A DNA stretch of 63,842 nt, counting the filler, from Atractiella rhizophila (taxonomy: Eukaryota), in assembly GCA_021432655.1 (NCBI GenBank). It is 42 parts of 42 records of this genome, joined end to end, with 100 filler letters (N's around TTAATTAATTAA, not from the genome) between each part and the next. Parts side by side here need not be neighbours in the genome. Positions count along the whole stretch, not along the records: positions 26,470 to 27,899 come from MU272975.1; positions 28,000 to 29,419 come from MU272976.1; positions 29,520 to 30,939 come from MU272977.1; positions 31,040 to 32,458 come from MU272978.1; positions 32,559 to 33,974 come from MU272979.1; positions 34,075 to 35,488 come from MU272980.1; positions 35,589 to 37,000 come from MU272981.1; positions 37,101 to 38,511 come from MU272982.1; 34 more parts are not named here. One strand, given 5' to 3'. Each line of letters opens with the position of its first letter. Positions within the stretch are counted from its first letter, which is position 1. Shown here piece by piece: positions 26,370-40,117 of this stretch. The translations under genes and the position numbers were made by a program. The notes beneath the pieces are model-generated. The model saw only the letters and a program-made list of their open reading frames with translations, ran no database searches and was not told the origin of the DNA.

Positions 26370-27999
26370 NNNNNNNNNNNNNNNNNNNNNNNNNNNNNNN
26401 NNNNNNNNNNNNNTTAATTAATTAANNNNNNNNNNNNNNNNNNNNNNNNNNNNNNNNNNNNNNNNNNNNTGCACAAATTGGCTGTGGGGTGCCATAGTCG
26501 AGAATAAGACGATAGCGAATGAGCTTACCCTCAGCAGGGACTATATGAAGGAATACGTTTGACAGCCCTCCATACCTGATACCTGATATCATCTTATTTG
26601 CACATATGACAATGTTATATGGAAAGAGCTTTCACCTGCAAGTTGTGAATGCACACACTTTTTCCGCTTAGAGGATTGCTATCTGAATGCTCTTGAGAGG
26701 GCTGCTTCAATGTGTAAGTCCCTACAACCTCAAAATTGTTTGAACTGAGAAAGTGGTACGTTACGATTTGTACTGTCGGTAAAGAAAAAGCTTATGCTAG
26801 GTTCCACAAAATTTGTGTGGCCCTCCCTCGTCTCCTTGGGCTTTCAATGGAAGGTTCTGTTCCCTTGTAGGAACTCACATGTCCTGCGAAATTGACTCTG
26901 TTGAATACTAACAGGTTAGTAAAGAGACCTACGCTGTAAAGCGTAATCCAAGTGCTGTATCCTCTTTGAAGTAAGGATGTAGATTGTGATCATGGGTCCT
27001 GCCGTTGGACAATTGAACACAGGCGGATCCTGCCATGCTACCGATGATCAGGAAGCTATCCTATAGCGCAGGAGCATACGAATCGTTTCTTAGATTTGGC
27101 GAGCCTAATGGAGTAGAGGGAATGCAAGGTAGCTCAAGGCACTTTGATCTTTGGTCTTCAAGAACTGTAGCACAGATCCCGAGCAAGGAACGGTATTTTT
27201 GCAAGAGATTCGAGTACGAGGGACTGTCAACACCAAAGCCTCCTTTATGCTCAGAGCGAGGTAAAGTGCTTTGTACAACCAAGACTGCTTAACAAGGGTC
27301 TTGTAACCTGTGCCTTTCTTGCAGGAAATGAATCAATCTGGCCCATATTTAGACGCTAAAGATATCTTTGTCATGCGTTTCTTTGTAGCTTGATTCTCTT
27401 GGGAATACCGTATTTAAGTCAGGACCTAGGTCATTGCCAACAGGATCATTTATTGGAACAGAATAGATAACTGGCAAGAGGATAGAATCCTAGAAACCCA
27501 ACCATCAACCACAACCATGGCCAACAACTACTGGGCACAAGGTTCATCCTTACCTCCTGACTTGAATTCTTTCCCAAAGGATCACTTTTTGAAACCAGAG
27601 AGGAAAAAAAACTCTCGATCATATGATTTGAGCCGAAATGTAAGTTCCCTACCACCTGATTCAGAGAAGGAAAAGCATCGGTCATCACTAGGAACAAGGC
27701 CGGCGAAAGGTACTGGCGGCTCGTTGCTTAAGCCGTACTCATGATTATGTAGGAATAACTTGGGAATGACTTGGCGGGTTCCCCATCCTGGGCTCACGCA
27801 GAGTGCGGAAGGTTCTCCTGGCCGCTGTCTTTCCAGAGTTTTATACGACAGAGGAAGTAGACGCGTTACACAGCCTGTTGGACGAAGAATGGGCTGCGAN
27901 NNNNNNNNNNNNNNNNNNNNNNNNNNNNNNNNNNNNNNNNNNNTTAATTAATTAANNNNNNNNNNNNNNNNNNNNNNNNNNNNNNNNNNNNNNNNNNNN

Positions 28000-29419
28000 A
28001 AACTCTTTCTGCTCCAGGGTCCCTTGTGTAAAAGCATTTAAGGTGTTGGTTGTGGAAATATCCACCTGCTCTCACTCCGGTTAATGTTTCCAAAACCCAA
28101 GAGTGTGCATTTGCTGATTCTTCTCCATCGATATTTCCCCTTTTCCCGACGATTTTGAACGGTCCAAACCACCTGGCTTTGAGTTTTTGCGAGTGTTGTG
28201 GGCAGATAGTGCTGTCCAGCACCATGATGAGATCATTCACCTTGAATTCGACTGGGTTCGCATGTTTATCGAAATTCTCCTTCATCTTTGCCGTGTACTT
28301 GACCCTATTAATGAATGCTTGTTCCCTTTTTGCCTCCAACTGTCCCAGATATACCTCGACCTCCTTTCTTGTTGGTTCATTTTCGCCCTCCATCAGGCCC
28401 CTCACAGCATCCAGCATAAGTGTGCTCCGGTCCAATGGGTTCCATCCGTGGAGTAGCTTCGTGGGCATGAAGCTATGGCTTTTAATCTTGTCTCGGTTGA
28501 GGGAGTTTATGTCTTCGTCCAACCTGAGGGCCCAGGTGCTGCTCACGTCCATTTCCCCTGCGGTTGCATTTTTTCCTGCATCGTTCGAGGTAGATGTGGT
28601 TTGTGTTCTCCAGAAACCCGTTCGTCGATGGTTGCAGAGCCGGCGTGAAGTGTGCAATCGTCCCAACCTCCTTAACCCTTCTGTCTCCATCCATGATTCC
28701 GGTGTCTCCTTCCCATCTTCTCCCACTGGTGCTTGGTACATTATATCGCAGCAATAGTTCATACTACCTGACACGTGTTCAATGCGGCAGATGTTGTGGG
28801 TTAATAGACATTGCCTCCATTGCTCATGCGCAGGACTCAACTTCTCATTTTGAGTATGGTTAGGAGTGAGCGACAATCGGTTTTGATGACAATTGGAAAT
28901 CCCAGGGTCATGTCTCCAATGGTCTAAGCTATATTTGAGACCTGCTAGTTCAAGCAGCGGGGCTGAATGAGTGATTCGCTAAGTGTTGTCTTTTGGGATG
29001 CGTATCTGACTGGATGGATGATGCCGTCATCGAATCGTTGGCTGAGTGTGGTTGTGAAACCGTGCTGACATGCATCTGATTGGACAACGAATTCTGAATC
29101 TGGAGCAAAGTGTGGAGAGCCTAAGATGGGATCGCTGCATAACGCAAGCTTTAGGGAGCTTATAGCATGTCTGTGCTCGTCGGTTAACTCCACCCAGGAG
29201 GTAACGCCTCAGTGCCGGCTTGATAGCCCCCGTTTGTTCTTTCCATCTGGAAGATTGTCTGCTGGAGTCAGAGGTGTAGCGAGTGCGAGGGGACGAAGGC
29301 AATGTGTAATTTTTGCGAAGCTGCGGACGAGGTTTTGGAGTCCTCCGGCGCCAGCTGTGATGAGGATGAGGAACCTGAGCATTTCAGCTGGGTTTGTCGG
29401 CTCTGGCATACTCATGATA
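28000..29419 (-). mobile_element. Degenerate Ty3/gypsy pol (RT end, RNase H, partly deleted integrase), copy 1
   Basis: FVVQSDACQHGF..TLSQ..HPVRYASQK, TPALQPSTNGFLENTN, KLKARWFGPFKI. Confidence 0.92.
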
Positions 29420-29519
29420 NNNNNNNNNNNNNNNNNNNNNNNNNNNNNNNNNNNNNNNNNNNNTTAATTAATTAANNNNNNNNNNNNNNNNNNNNNNNNN
29501 NNNNNNNNNNNNNNNNNNN

Positions 29520-30640
29520 GTCGGTGACGTTGGGCTTGAAGGCGGCGCCGACGATCACGAATGCGGGTTGCTGGACGATGGCGAGGTCAGACCATTTGGC
29601 GGCTCGGATGGACTGTTGAAGGAGGAGGTATTGGAAGATGGCTTCCTCGTACATCTGATTTTCCGTCAGCTTTGCTTCCAAATCGTTGCAGGAAGGAGAG
29701 AACGTACGGCTTGGTTGGTAGCGACGATCTGGAAGTTGTTGACGAGCTCATTCTGGACTGGTGGGTAGGTCTTGAATGTCCAAGAGGTCACAACCTTTGG
29801 ACAGGACATGTATCAGCCGTCTTACTCCCCATACTGAGATAGACAGGAACACATACGCCAAGGCCGGCACCACCACCCCTGACAGCCCACCAAAGGTCGG
29901 TGTTAGACTTCTCGTTGACAGTGAGGAGCGTTCCAGAAGCAGTGACAATGGTGAACTCGAGGACCTGGTCGACGGCCAGTCCCAAAGCGGGGGAGTAGCG
30001 CGAGTGTCCACCTCCCTGTGAATATCCGTCAAAATCAAGTGAGAGTGAGCGAAGGAGGAAGGAGACGAACGAGAGTGTAACCAGAGACAGAGACAGAGTC
30101 GCACCCACCACCCACAACGACGACGCCTTCCTGGTTGGCGGCTTGGTAGAGTTCTATTCCATCCCACGTCACGTCAATTTCTCAATTTCAAGGAGGAGTG
30201 GAAACAACGGACCGGTGAATTGAACGCCAGCTCCAACGGTGACGGCGCTACCTTTGCCCTTGAAGTTGTCGTGGAAGTCGATGTCCTTGAGATTGTGGAC
30301 AGAAATGCCAAAAGCACCCTTAGCGCTAGCACCTATCAGCCAGGGAGACAACTCAGTATCCTCTCACTAGTTGGAGTAGGAAAGAGGAAAGGATAACATA
30401 CCTCCAGTGGAGGAGTGGCCGGTCGACTTCACCCTCACCCTGAGGTTATACTTCCTGACGAACGCAAGGGCGTTGATGAGATCGGCGTTCGATTGAACGG
30501 CAGCAAAGAGTGGGGGGACCTTTCAACAGCCATCAGCCATGAACCTCTCAATCCAGTGAACCCGGTGGAGACATACCCTTCCCTGTCCGCAAGGTCCAGA
30601 GGTCGGCGTCTTGACGGAGCACGAATCAGCGCCATATCCA
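29520..30640 (-). CDS. FAD-linked oxidoreductase (FAD_binding_4/BBE-like), partial, multi-exon
   Basis: [62 protein letters not shown]. Confidence 0.92.
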
Positions 30641-31039
30641 TCTCCCCAAGCTATCATCCACCAGAAACCAGTCAGTACAAGCTCATGCTCATGCTCAGAA
30701 GATCAGACGCGGCGCAGCGAAACTATCATCCTTCGACTTCCACAAAGCAACCAAAACAATCGCATCCTCCTCAAAACAATTGTCGCGCTTCAGTAGATAC
30801 AATGATTCTTGACAGCAAGCAGCAGTCCAACCAAACGGCCAACCTCTGTCAAAATCGACAAACTCCAAGAACAAGACATAATGGAGCACAAAAAAAAATA
30901 GAAAACTCACAATGTGCAACGTAACCGCCCTCAATGTCGNNNNNNNNNNNNNNNNNNNNNNNNNNNNNNNNNNNNNNNNNNNNTTAATTAATTAANNNNN
31001 NNNNNNNNNNNNNNNNNNNNNNNNNNNNNNNNNNNNNNN

Positions 31040-32169
31040 GGACCATAGACTCGAAGGAGAACCGTCTGTGGCGTGATCGGGGATTCGTCTGGTGAAGTGG
31101 TGATCCGAATTGGCTTGGAGGAGACAAAGAAGACGGCGTTGGTGAGAGAACCGGATACTTTGTGGATCGACATGGGCACTTTATGCAGCTGCGAAGTTGG
31201 GATTGTTGCCCAGCTCGGAACTCCTAGATCGATGACGAGAAGCTCTAGAACTGATGCATAAAATGAGGGATCTTTGTATTTCCTTCATAAAAAGGCACGA
31301 ATATCAATTAGCTATACGTTTCTTGGGCCGTTACATAAAGAAACAGTACTCATGAACCCAGCAGGAGTGATCCAAGTGGAATTCTTGGATACTGCCAACT
31401 TGATTCATTCTGAAAACCAAGACACAGAACGGCCTTTAAATAAATGAGCCATTACCCTCCAAATGGAAGATGGATGACCCCGCCAACCCAAATTCATTCT
31501 CGAAAATAGCTACATATATTCTCAAAGGGATGCACCTCAATTGGTGCAAATGCTTCGAAAACGGTACGTGAAAAAAGGCTTAGTACCACAGATATAAATT
31601 AGCAGTGGAAATTCTTGACGTTGAATATCATGTATAGTGCCCATGAACCTGGCTACACAGTGCATGCCGAAGTAGCCTACAAGCTACAATTTCATGTTTA
31701 TGACCATATGATCCAGAGAGTGATTGGCTTAGGATCCAATGTTACTTTGTAGCTACGCAACTTTGAAAAGCAGGAGAAGATAAAGATGATAGTTCCTTTG
31801 CAAGTCGATGTACATTGCATCGGGCTGAACAGCATCCATCGCCGCTGGCTTCACTCCTCTTAGGGCTTGATATGAACAGCCATGAAACAGTTTATAATGT
31901 TTCAAAATCCAAAACAATGTTTTCAATCGCACTAAATCATCCTGTCGTATTCCAACCTGAAAGACGTACTTTGCATCCAACCTCCGATCACACCTTGGCA
32001 CTCCTTCTGCATGTACGGATTCGCCATAAAAATCTCCATCACCCTCATCTTCCTCAGCTTCCTCCTCTCTCTCTAACTCTGCTTCCTCTCTCTCCAAAGG
32101 ATCAAATCCATCCATGGTAGTGTCGCGTGACAATGAGAGATCGTCCAATTCTCCCTCAAGGTCTGCCAT
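31040..32169 (-). CDS. Choline/ethanolamine kinase, 5' part (exon 1 32169-31970; exon 2 from 31282)
   Basis: GVPRCDRRLDAK|KYKDPSF...IHKVSGSLTNAVFFV...TVLLRVYG; in-frame join across a 687-nt GT-AG intron. Confidence 0.88.
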
Positions 32170-32558
32170 TTCAGTATGCGTTCGTTAATACAGCTATTGA
32201 AGATGACAACTGCTGATAAAGAGCTGATGCAGCACTATCAATCAGATCCAGTAATTCGTTGTTTGGTTTGGTGTTTCTGTTCTGTTGGGGCTCAGAGATA
32301 AGAGCTAGGGTTAACGTACGCACGGAGGAGGTTTGTGAAATGCCGGAGCGCGAACCGGCGCAACGACTTATGAAAGCCGGGTATAAATGAACATGATTCC
32401 CCAGCAAGTTCAGAGCTTCCACAACTTATCCTTCCTGAATACTTGAGCTTTCACATTTNNNNNNNNNNNNNNNNNNNNNNNNNNNNNNNNNNNNNNNNNN
32501 NNTTAATTAATTAANNNNNNNNNNNNNNNNNNNNNNNNNNNNNNNNNNNNNNNNNNNN

Positions 32559-33974
32559 GGCCTTGGCAGACCACTGTGACCCAACAGAAACGATTCCACC
32601 TCTACTGCAGTGGCCAGGTTTTTGGCGTCACGGATGTGGCCGCCAGCATACTCATAGTCGAAACGACAATCAATTATGTGCTGATGGGAAATTTTCGAAT
32701 TGTACTTTCCATCAACTAGGTCCTTAAGCTGTGTTTCGGTCAGTTCAGCAAAAGTTGCAATAGCAGCAACCAACCGTCTCGGCAGATATTCTCATCAGTC
32801 CATCTTCTTTCACCCGGAAACACGGCAAAATTTTCCCGTATTCTTCTTGTTCTCTGAATCCCACAGAGGGTGATGTAGGTTTTGGATTAGCAATCGTCCT
32901 CCGAGGGGATTCAAACGTGAAGCGGAAGTCTTCGGCGGCAATGTGTGGTTGTTTCTCCGGTGCATTCCAGCTTCTAAAGTCTGCAGAGACCACTCGTTGT
33001 TGTTGCGGAACTTGAAGTGTCTCCACCTCCGACTCGGGTAGAGGAGCATCACAAATGGAATACGCGCGACGCATGATCTTGGTTGCGGGTTGGCCAAAAG
33101 GATCCCGCGATGGCTGTCTAGAAGCTAGGCCTAAGCCAAGCTCACGCTGACTGGCCGTACGATTATGCTCTCCTTTCAAAGTAATCGGAGGTTGCAACGC
33201 GTTCATGGAAGGTCGTTTGAGAGGCAACCGTTTGCGCGCCAGAGATGACCTATCATTGATTGAAGCGAGAGTGGAAGTTTTTTCGAATAACCGCGAACGT
33301 GGAGGCTGAGAGGCTAGAGGAGATGAAGGAGACGTGAAACTGTCATCGTCCGTGCACAACGCACGTTTTCTGGTGGTTCCCAGCAAATGAACGGGTGAAG
33401 TGCTATTCTCAAATAGGTCCGCAAGCTTGTCACCTGCTGGGGTCGGCGCCTTAACTGCCTTCAAAACCACGGGAGAGCGATCGACATCCATACCGTCCGG
33501 ACTTAAAGCTCCACCGACCAGGGCAGCATTCTCCAGCTGTGCCAAATTCAGCACACTCAGCGATTGAGGTGACACTGACGTACCTCCACTGGCCTCCTCC
33601 TGTTGCCAACATGACTCAGCTGGCATGATCACGCAAAGACAATAAAACCCTCACAGTGATGAGAACGTCTTCCTTCCTAGGGTCTGACTAGATCCCTTTT
33701 CTGCCTGGCCTATTTCTTTGAGCATGGTGACAAAGGAGGTCGGAGCCATGTGGTTCTCTGCTGACTTCGCGCGTCCGTGACGAAGAGCATCGTTCGTTTT
33801 GATCTTCTCGATTACAGTAGCAGTATTCATTTTCAACTCGACATTGTCGCCAACCTGCGCTTTGGGAGGGAACAAGCCGGGCGGTAGAATATTACCAAAA
33901 GGGTTCGATTTCTCATCCATTGGAGATGACACATCCATAGGAGTGCCATGCGGGTGTTCGGGGGATGGTAAAGG
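32559..33974 (-). CDS. cdc25: M-phase inducer phosphatase (Cdc25/Mih1), partial
   Basis: GKILPCFRVKEDGLMRISAET|LKDLVDGKY...IIDCRFDYEYAGGHI. Confidence 0.93.
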
Positions 33975-34413
33975 NNNNNNNNNNNNNNNNNNNNNNNNNN
34001 NNNNNNNNNNNNNNNNNNTTAATTAATTAANNNNNNNNNNNNNNNNNNNNNNNNNNNNNNNNNNNNNNNNNNNNGGCACTTTCAGTACTTGTGCTCAGCT
34101 GCAACTTTGCAGTAATCTCACAAGGAGCCGGAGCCGTATCCTCATTCTGCTCTCGCCCTGCCTCGAAATATTCCCATAATGTTGAGAAAGACATAAGGTT
34201 GAGCCAAACGTGGAAATACAGCAGTTATATGGTCTGCAATACATGTACTTGGTAATAATGTTCTGAAGGGTACGTAAATGCGTTTACAACAAGATACGTG
34301 AGGATGCGAAAGATGAATGTCACAGCAAACAGGTAACCAGAGTTCCGGGACGGTATGCACTGACTTAAGACGAGTCAGATAGCCACCAACAGATAGGGTC
34401 ATTGACATACAGG

Positions 34414-34938
34414 TTAGGATATGACGCAGCAACAAGAGCTGCGAAGGGGCTTTTTCAAGTCTACCCGTTTCCGAACGATCTTCAGTAAGAATGGTTACAA
34501 GATACGGTCAGGCTGACCTTGCTCTTCATTCAGCTCGTCCAGCTTGTTGACGACCAAATGGACGACGATATGGTCAAGCATTTCGACTTGATGAATGGTA
34601 AGCGCAATTCGCATTTGAAACGTCACTTACTACCGTCAGTTGAAGAGATGAGTTTGTCGTCAGGCAAATAATGCCCTCGATACAGTCTTAGGTACAAAGT
34701 TGCAGAAGAGGAGAAATCAACACCCAATAAAGCGGGGAGAAAGAGCGTACAGTTTCAAAGCAGACATGTTAGGAGGAGCATCGCTAGCGTTATCCTTAAA
34801 CTCTGCTGGATAGTTCTTCCACAGCCTGAGCTTTGCATCTTCCCACGTTGCATCCCGAGAAAAATTAAACCGCTTGCGCTTCCCGTTCACCAATAGGAAC
34901 TCGACTCCAAGTTCAGAACGCTCAGAGTCGCCGCTCAT
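34414..34938 (-). CDS. UBL3: Membrane-anchored ubiquitin-fold protein (UBL3/MUB family), multi-exon
   Basis: FLLVNGKRKRFNF..., LKL|LYRGHYL, VVHLVV, C-terminal CAAX-like SCCCVIS*. Confidence 0.8.
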
Positions 34939-35231
34939 ACTGAATATTGAATCCTGATGCGGACGAACAGTGCGCGTAGTACAGGATAACCGGGAGATAG
35001 GCTGTCGGTTTGTGCAAGCTTGTGGAGTTTCTTTTGCTGGTTGGTGGGCCTTTCCTGGAGCACGATGTCGTCCCGGTCGAACAAGAAATGGACAACCTTA
35101 TTTATTTGAGGGTAGTGGCAACCAGTTTAAGACGACCATTCCTCTTGAGATCCTTCAGAACCCACTTGCGGCCCATCGAGTTTACATCATTTCACCTCAG
35201 TCACTCTCTTCCACTCGAAAGCCGAATGAAA

Positions 35232-35488
35232 ATGGCGGTTCAAAAGACTTCCAGCAGAAATCGCATCTACACCGCTACAGATGTCAAGAAGCATAATTCT
35301 CTCAACTCCCTCTGGGTTACAGTCAAGGGAAAGGTGTACGATCTTACAGAATTCGCTCCCGACCATCCAGGTGGAGTAGAATATCTCGAGAAATTCGCTG
35401 GTCAGGATGCTACCGAAGCCATGCAGGACCCAGAGGAGCACTTGCATTCAGACTCGGCCTATGAGCTTCTGGCCGATTATCAAGTTGG
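35232..35488 (+). CDS. SCS7: Cytochrome b5 domain, probably the N-terminus of sphingolipid fatty-acid hydroxylase (partial)
   Basis: KVYDLTEFAPDHPGG...MQDPEEHLHSDSAYELL; divergent from UBL3 across ~290 bp. Confidence 0.78.
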
Positions 35489-36518
35489 NNNNNNNNNNNN
35501 NNNNNNNNNNNNNNNNNNNNNNNNNNNNNNNNTTAATTAATTAANNNNNNNNNNNNNNNNNNNNNNNNNNNNNNNNNNNNNNNNNNNNCTGTTGTCGCCC
35601 CTCAGAAGGAGAAGGCACTGATGAGCTGACGGTTTCCTTCTCGGCCCTGCAAATCGAATAGTGATATAAATGCTCCTCACAAATAAAACAAAGAGAAAGT
35701 TGAACAAAGCGATTAGATAATTTATCTGATCAATGTGGATCAACAACAGGCGTTCGAATTTCCCGAACGACGAACACGAGAGCAATTTCGAAGCCCATTG
35801 TGGTGAAAGAGAGGAAAACCTTTTGCATTCCTAAATAGACTGACAGTTGGGATACTGCCGAAGGTGCGTACCATCAAGTAGGTATAATGGTTGGGAGATG
35901 TCATGTTGGTGCGGTTGGAACAAGCACTGTGAACCAGTGGATCTGACTAGAGTGAAACTGGTACATTTGGCTTTGCGCCAGTGTTGGACGAGAAGTGTTA
36001 ATGCGGTGGAGGTTGGACCTCAGCGAAGGCATAGAGACGCTTCTTGCTTTTGTCTACCAAGGGAGATGTCAAACGTATTTCAACTCCTCACACTCCTTCA
36101 CCTGAAGTCTACGATATCTGACCCTTCCTGCCGAATCCCTAAGTTGGTTGTATATAGACTCTTGACTTCCTCGTTAAGAGCTTTTCTGAAATTGTAGCCT
36201 GACGGAGTCCCCTCTGGGAATGAGGTTTTGGTCGCGTACAATGCTCCCTTGTGATGACGAAGGGTTGTACGCTACAGTCCTGTATTACTGTGGAGTGAAT
36301 AATGTATTGACATTCGTACTTACATAGTGGACAGTCACAGAAAACCTTTCAAGAGGCGTAGTCTACCTCCGATAGCCAACATCTTCCGACGAAGATGCTG
36401 AAAACCTGTCGGGTTCGCCAATTAACAAACCTCGACTGAAAACACAACCATCACAACCCTCGTACCCCCCCGCGTTGCGCAGCCATCTGTTCCTCCATTT
36501 GAACCAGTCAAAAATCCT

Positions 36519-37000
36519 TTGCCACTCACGTTGAACTGCATCGGAGACAGGATGATCGACCCTGACCTGCACAAACGGCTTGTGGATATCAAGACAGTTA
36601 ATATCAAAGGTCTCCGCATCCTTTCAATCGACAATGGAGGTGTTTGCGCTTTCTCTTGCCTTTACATGCTCGAGGCCATTATGGAGCAAGTAGCCGATCT
36701 CCTTCCTGGAAAGCCAGATCCCAGGACCCTTCGACCATGTCAATTCTTCGACCTCATCTGCGGCACGTCGACTGGAGGGTGGATTGCTTTGATGCTTGGC
36801 CGACTGGGCATGACCGTCCGAGAGTGCATGGATGCGTTTAACGAAATCGTCAAGCAGGTCTTCTCTGTGAAGACCCTTTGTACGGGCAGCTCACCTGCTT
36901 ATTCCGACAAAGCCCTTGAAGAAGTGTTCGAGATGATCGTTAGAGATTACATCCCTCCTTCCGAAAGTTCGATGATTACCTCTTTGGAATCGACAGCACT
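36519..37000 (+). CDS. Patatin-like phospholipase, N-terminal half (partial)
   Basis: LRILSIDNGG, PCQFFDLICGTSTGGWIALMLGRL (GxSxG nucleophile elbow). Confidence 0.92.
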
Positions 37001-37299
37001 NNNNNNNNNNNNNNNNNNNNNNNNNNNNNNNNNNNNNNNNNNNNTTAATTAATTAANNNNNNNNNNNNNNNNNNNNNNNNNNNNNNNNNNNNNNNNNNNN
37101 ATAAGAAACGCAAAACTACTCATGAAAGCGATGGAAACGAAGGAAACGATGGCGGACTTCTCGCGGTTCCACAGTTGCAATCGTACCTGTGTAAATTGGG
37201 ATATCGGCTGGAGCTTCCAGGGTCTAAAAGCTCTTGGATTCCTTGGGAAGATGTGTGCATTCTAGGTTCTGGGATCGCCGTGCTGATGTCTAACCTCAG

Positions 37300-37920
37300 G
37301 CCTCAACTTCGTCCGTTGCGGCCGCTACCGCACCAGATGGTACTCGTGTGATGATCAAACGAGCATGCAGCCCTAGGGAAGCTCAGATACACCAGCTTCT
37401 GGCCAGCATATCTGACGTGAAAAATCACACGATGAACATTCGTGACATTTTGGGTTTCCAGGACTGCTCCCTGCTCGTTCTCCCTTGGGGGACACCTCTA
37501 CCATCCTTGGGTCTGAATAATATCCTGGCGATATCTTTGGCGGAACAACTTGTCGACGGCGTGGGATTCATGCACAGTCGTGGATTTGTTCACCTCGATC
37601 TCAAACCGAACAACCTCGTCGCCATCACCGACGTCCTTAAGATCATTGATTTTGGGCTGTCTCGCCAAATCGGCGACGGGACCGTCTTGAAAGGATATCG
37701 AGGGACTCGATCGTGGGTCGCCCCTGAACTTGGAGCAGAAGATGTACCGGAAAAAGGATTCTATCCGATACCTGCTGATCTGTGGGCTGTTGGTGTGATT
37801 ATTTCTCGTTTTTTTCGTCCGTTCCTTCCACCCCACCACAATCTTTTGCACCTTGCAGCTCAGTTGACATCAGTGGACCCTGAATCAAGGCCGCGGCTGG
37901 ACAACTTTCATCAGGGATGA
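37300..37920 (+). CDS. Ser/Thr protein kinase domain (C-terminal exon)
   Basis: VMIK, HLDLKPNN, IIDFG, GTRSWVAPE, ADLWAVG, DPESRP. Confidence 0.92.
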   Translation, partial: ASTSSVAAATAPDGTRVMIKRACSPREAQIHQLLASISDVKNHTMNIRDILGFQDCSLLVLPWGTPLPSLGLNNILAISLAEQLVDGVGFMHSRGFVHLDLKPNNLVAITDVLKIIDFGLSRQIGDGTVLKGYRGTRSWVAPELGAEDVPEKGFYPIPADLWAVGVIISRFFRPFLPPHHNLLHLAAQLTSVDPESRPRLDNFHQG

Positions 37921-38611
37921 AGGAAAAGAGCTTTGGAATCAGTCGATTCGGTACTTGGATGGAGGAATTTGGAGAGCGGAAGCAAAGGAATTGAGAGCGA
38001 AAGTCTTAAACGAAGACATCTCATGGCTTGTTAAGTCGTTGCCTTAGCAAAATCCGCAAGGGTCATTACAGGCTATTGCGGCCTATAGTACTCCATCGGT
38101 TAACAAGTACGTCCCCTATCATGATAGAGATATCTCTTACGGGTATAGTCGTGCTATCAGCTATGAGTATATGAGGTTCTATGGACAGGAAGGCCAGATT
38201 ATGAGTATGGTTTACGGCTTCCAGTCCATTGAAATTGTTTAGTGAGCGAACGTGTTTTAACTATCCAGAGTGCCGAACCCTGTCCATAATCAAGATTTGG
38301 CGTTCAACGGAGTGCGGGCACAACGATTCACTAGAGAATATCATAACACAACCGGCCATATATTTTTTAGGTCTACTTTTGTTGAATGGAACTCCTATGA
38401 GACCACAAGAAACGTATATCAACGTCTTATTCCCTGAGAATAAAGTTCCACCACGGCCATTTACTCCTAGCAGAATTTCAAGCATATTTCAGAGCCAGAT
38501 GGGGTACCCTGNNNNNNNNNNNNNNNNNNNNNNNNNNNNNNNNNNNNNNNNNNNNTTAATTAATTAANNNNNNNNNNNNNNNNNNNNNNNNNNNNNNNNN
38601 NNNNNNNNNNN

Positions 38612-40017
38612 TCGGCGGTTGCGAGCGGAGACGCTCTCGCCTTGAGCGACGACGATGTAAAGATGATGTTTCGCCGGTACCCCTATGGTCTTGACATGTT
38701 CCTCCTCCCCTCTTCGTCTGCGCCACACAGTCGAAAGCTCGACGACCTATCCCGATTCGGCCCCAATCCGAGTCTCGACGATCAATATGTCGCCTTGGTA
38801 TTCTTTTCGTCCCACTCTCTCTCCCAAGGCACGGTCAAGTTGCTGATGTGGGAGGATAGACAACGAGAGTAGCAGTTCTCACCCGCTTTCTCGTCAAACA
38901 ATGGACTTCTCCCATCGCTCGTCAACGTTTTGGCAATGAAAGAAATCGTTTGCGGCGGTTTTGGGCCTTCGTAAAAGATGTGCAAGACGATTTATCGACC
39001 TTTCAGACGAGACTTAGGAGTGCGAAGCAAGGGCCTCAGCCGACGAATCATCCCAACTTCCTTTCTATCAATGTCATCCTCCACGTCGCCCGCACTGTCT
39101 GTATAGCCCATCGTGGGCTCTTTGCGAGACTCGTCGCGAGCCAGAAGTACAGAGAGCTGTTAATCCGTGGAGGTCTGCAGGGAGAGGAGAAGGTTATGAA
39201 GAAGGATGAAGTGGAGAAGAGAATATTGGACTTGGAGCGTCTGACGAAGGAGAGCGAGGGACGGGTGGAGCAAGAGATAAGAAACGTCTTAGCCTGCCTT
39301 CAAGTTCTACACGATGTGAGTTTTCGCTACGACCATACAGAGTATCCTCCTTGCTTACGTGAAAACTTGGCAGGATCAAACAATCACAGATCGTCTATCC
39401 TCAGGGGCCATGATTCGAACCGCCTTCGCTTGTTTCTGCTTCGTCCCCGATCTTCCACAGCGTTTTCAACAGGTCATCGCCCGCCTTCCGGATCAACTTC
39501 TCTCCATTGCGCTCCACATGTTACGCTGCAGCGGCTACTCTTACGCCGACGTTCGACCAGTCATTGAAGGGATGGAGAACCTGAAGGTGTCGGATTCGCC
39601 ATCTGCTAATACGGCTGACCTTAGAGGAAGCGAAGCAACACACATCTTCCGCGCCGGAAGCAATAGCAACAGCTCCCCTGCGTCATCGAACGCTTCAGGA
39701 TTCAGTCCGCCAGCAGCTGGCTTCGACGATCCAAGGGACATCCACTATTCTGCGCCAAGTTGTTGGGGTCCGGTATTCGAAGATATCCTTCCATCGCACA
39801 TCTCTCAAGATTTCGGACAGGCATTGGCTCCATCTTCCCCTGCAACTCCTGTTGTAGATCAAGACATCATTCGCCAATATATGGGCACAATGGGAGATGT
39901 GGCCCATCTTGTCTTCCCCAACTCTTCCTCACACTTACCTCGTACCTCATACTACGCACAACCGATGACTACCCTACCTAACTTATATCCTACCATGGTG
40001 TCTGCGCCACCTAGTTC
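38612..40017 (+). CDS. Hypothetical protein, multi-exon, partial
   Basis: Long overlapping open frames with plausible introns; no family recognised. Confidence 0.5.
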
Positions 40018-40117
40018 NNNNNNNNNNNNNNNNNNNNNNNNNNNNNNNNNNNNNNNNNNNNTTAATTAATTAANNNNNNNNNNNNNNNNNNNNNNNNNNN
40101 NNNNNNNNNNNNNNNNN

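Noticed and set aside
28050..28757. 235-aa plus-strand ORF and similar antisense ORFs
   Set aside because: Shadow ORFs opposite recognised genes or transposons.
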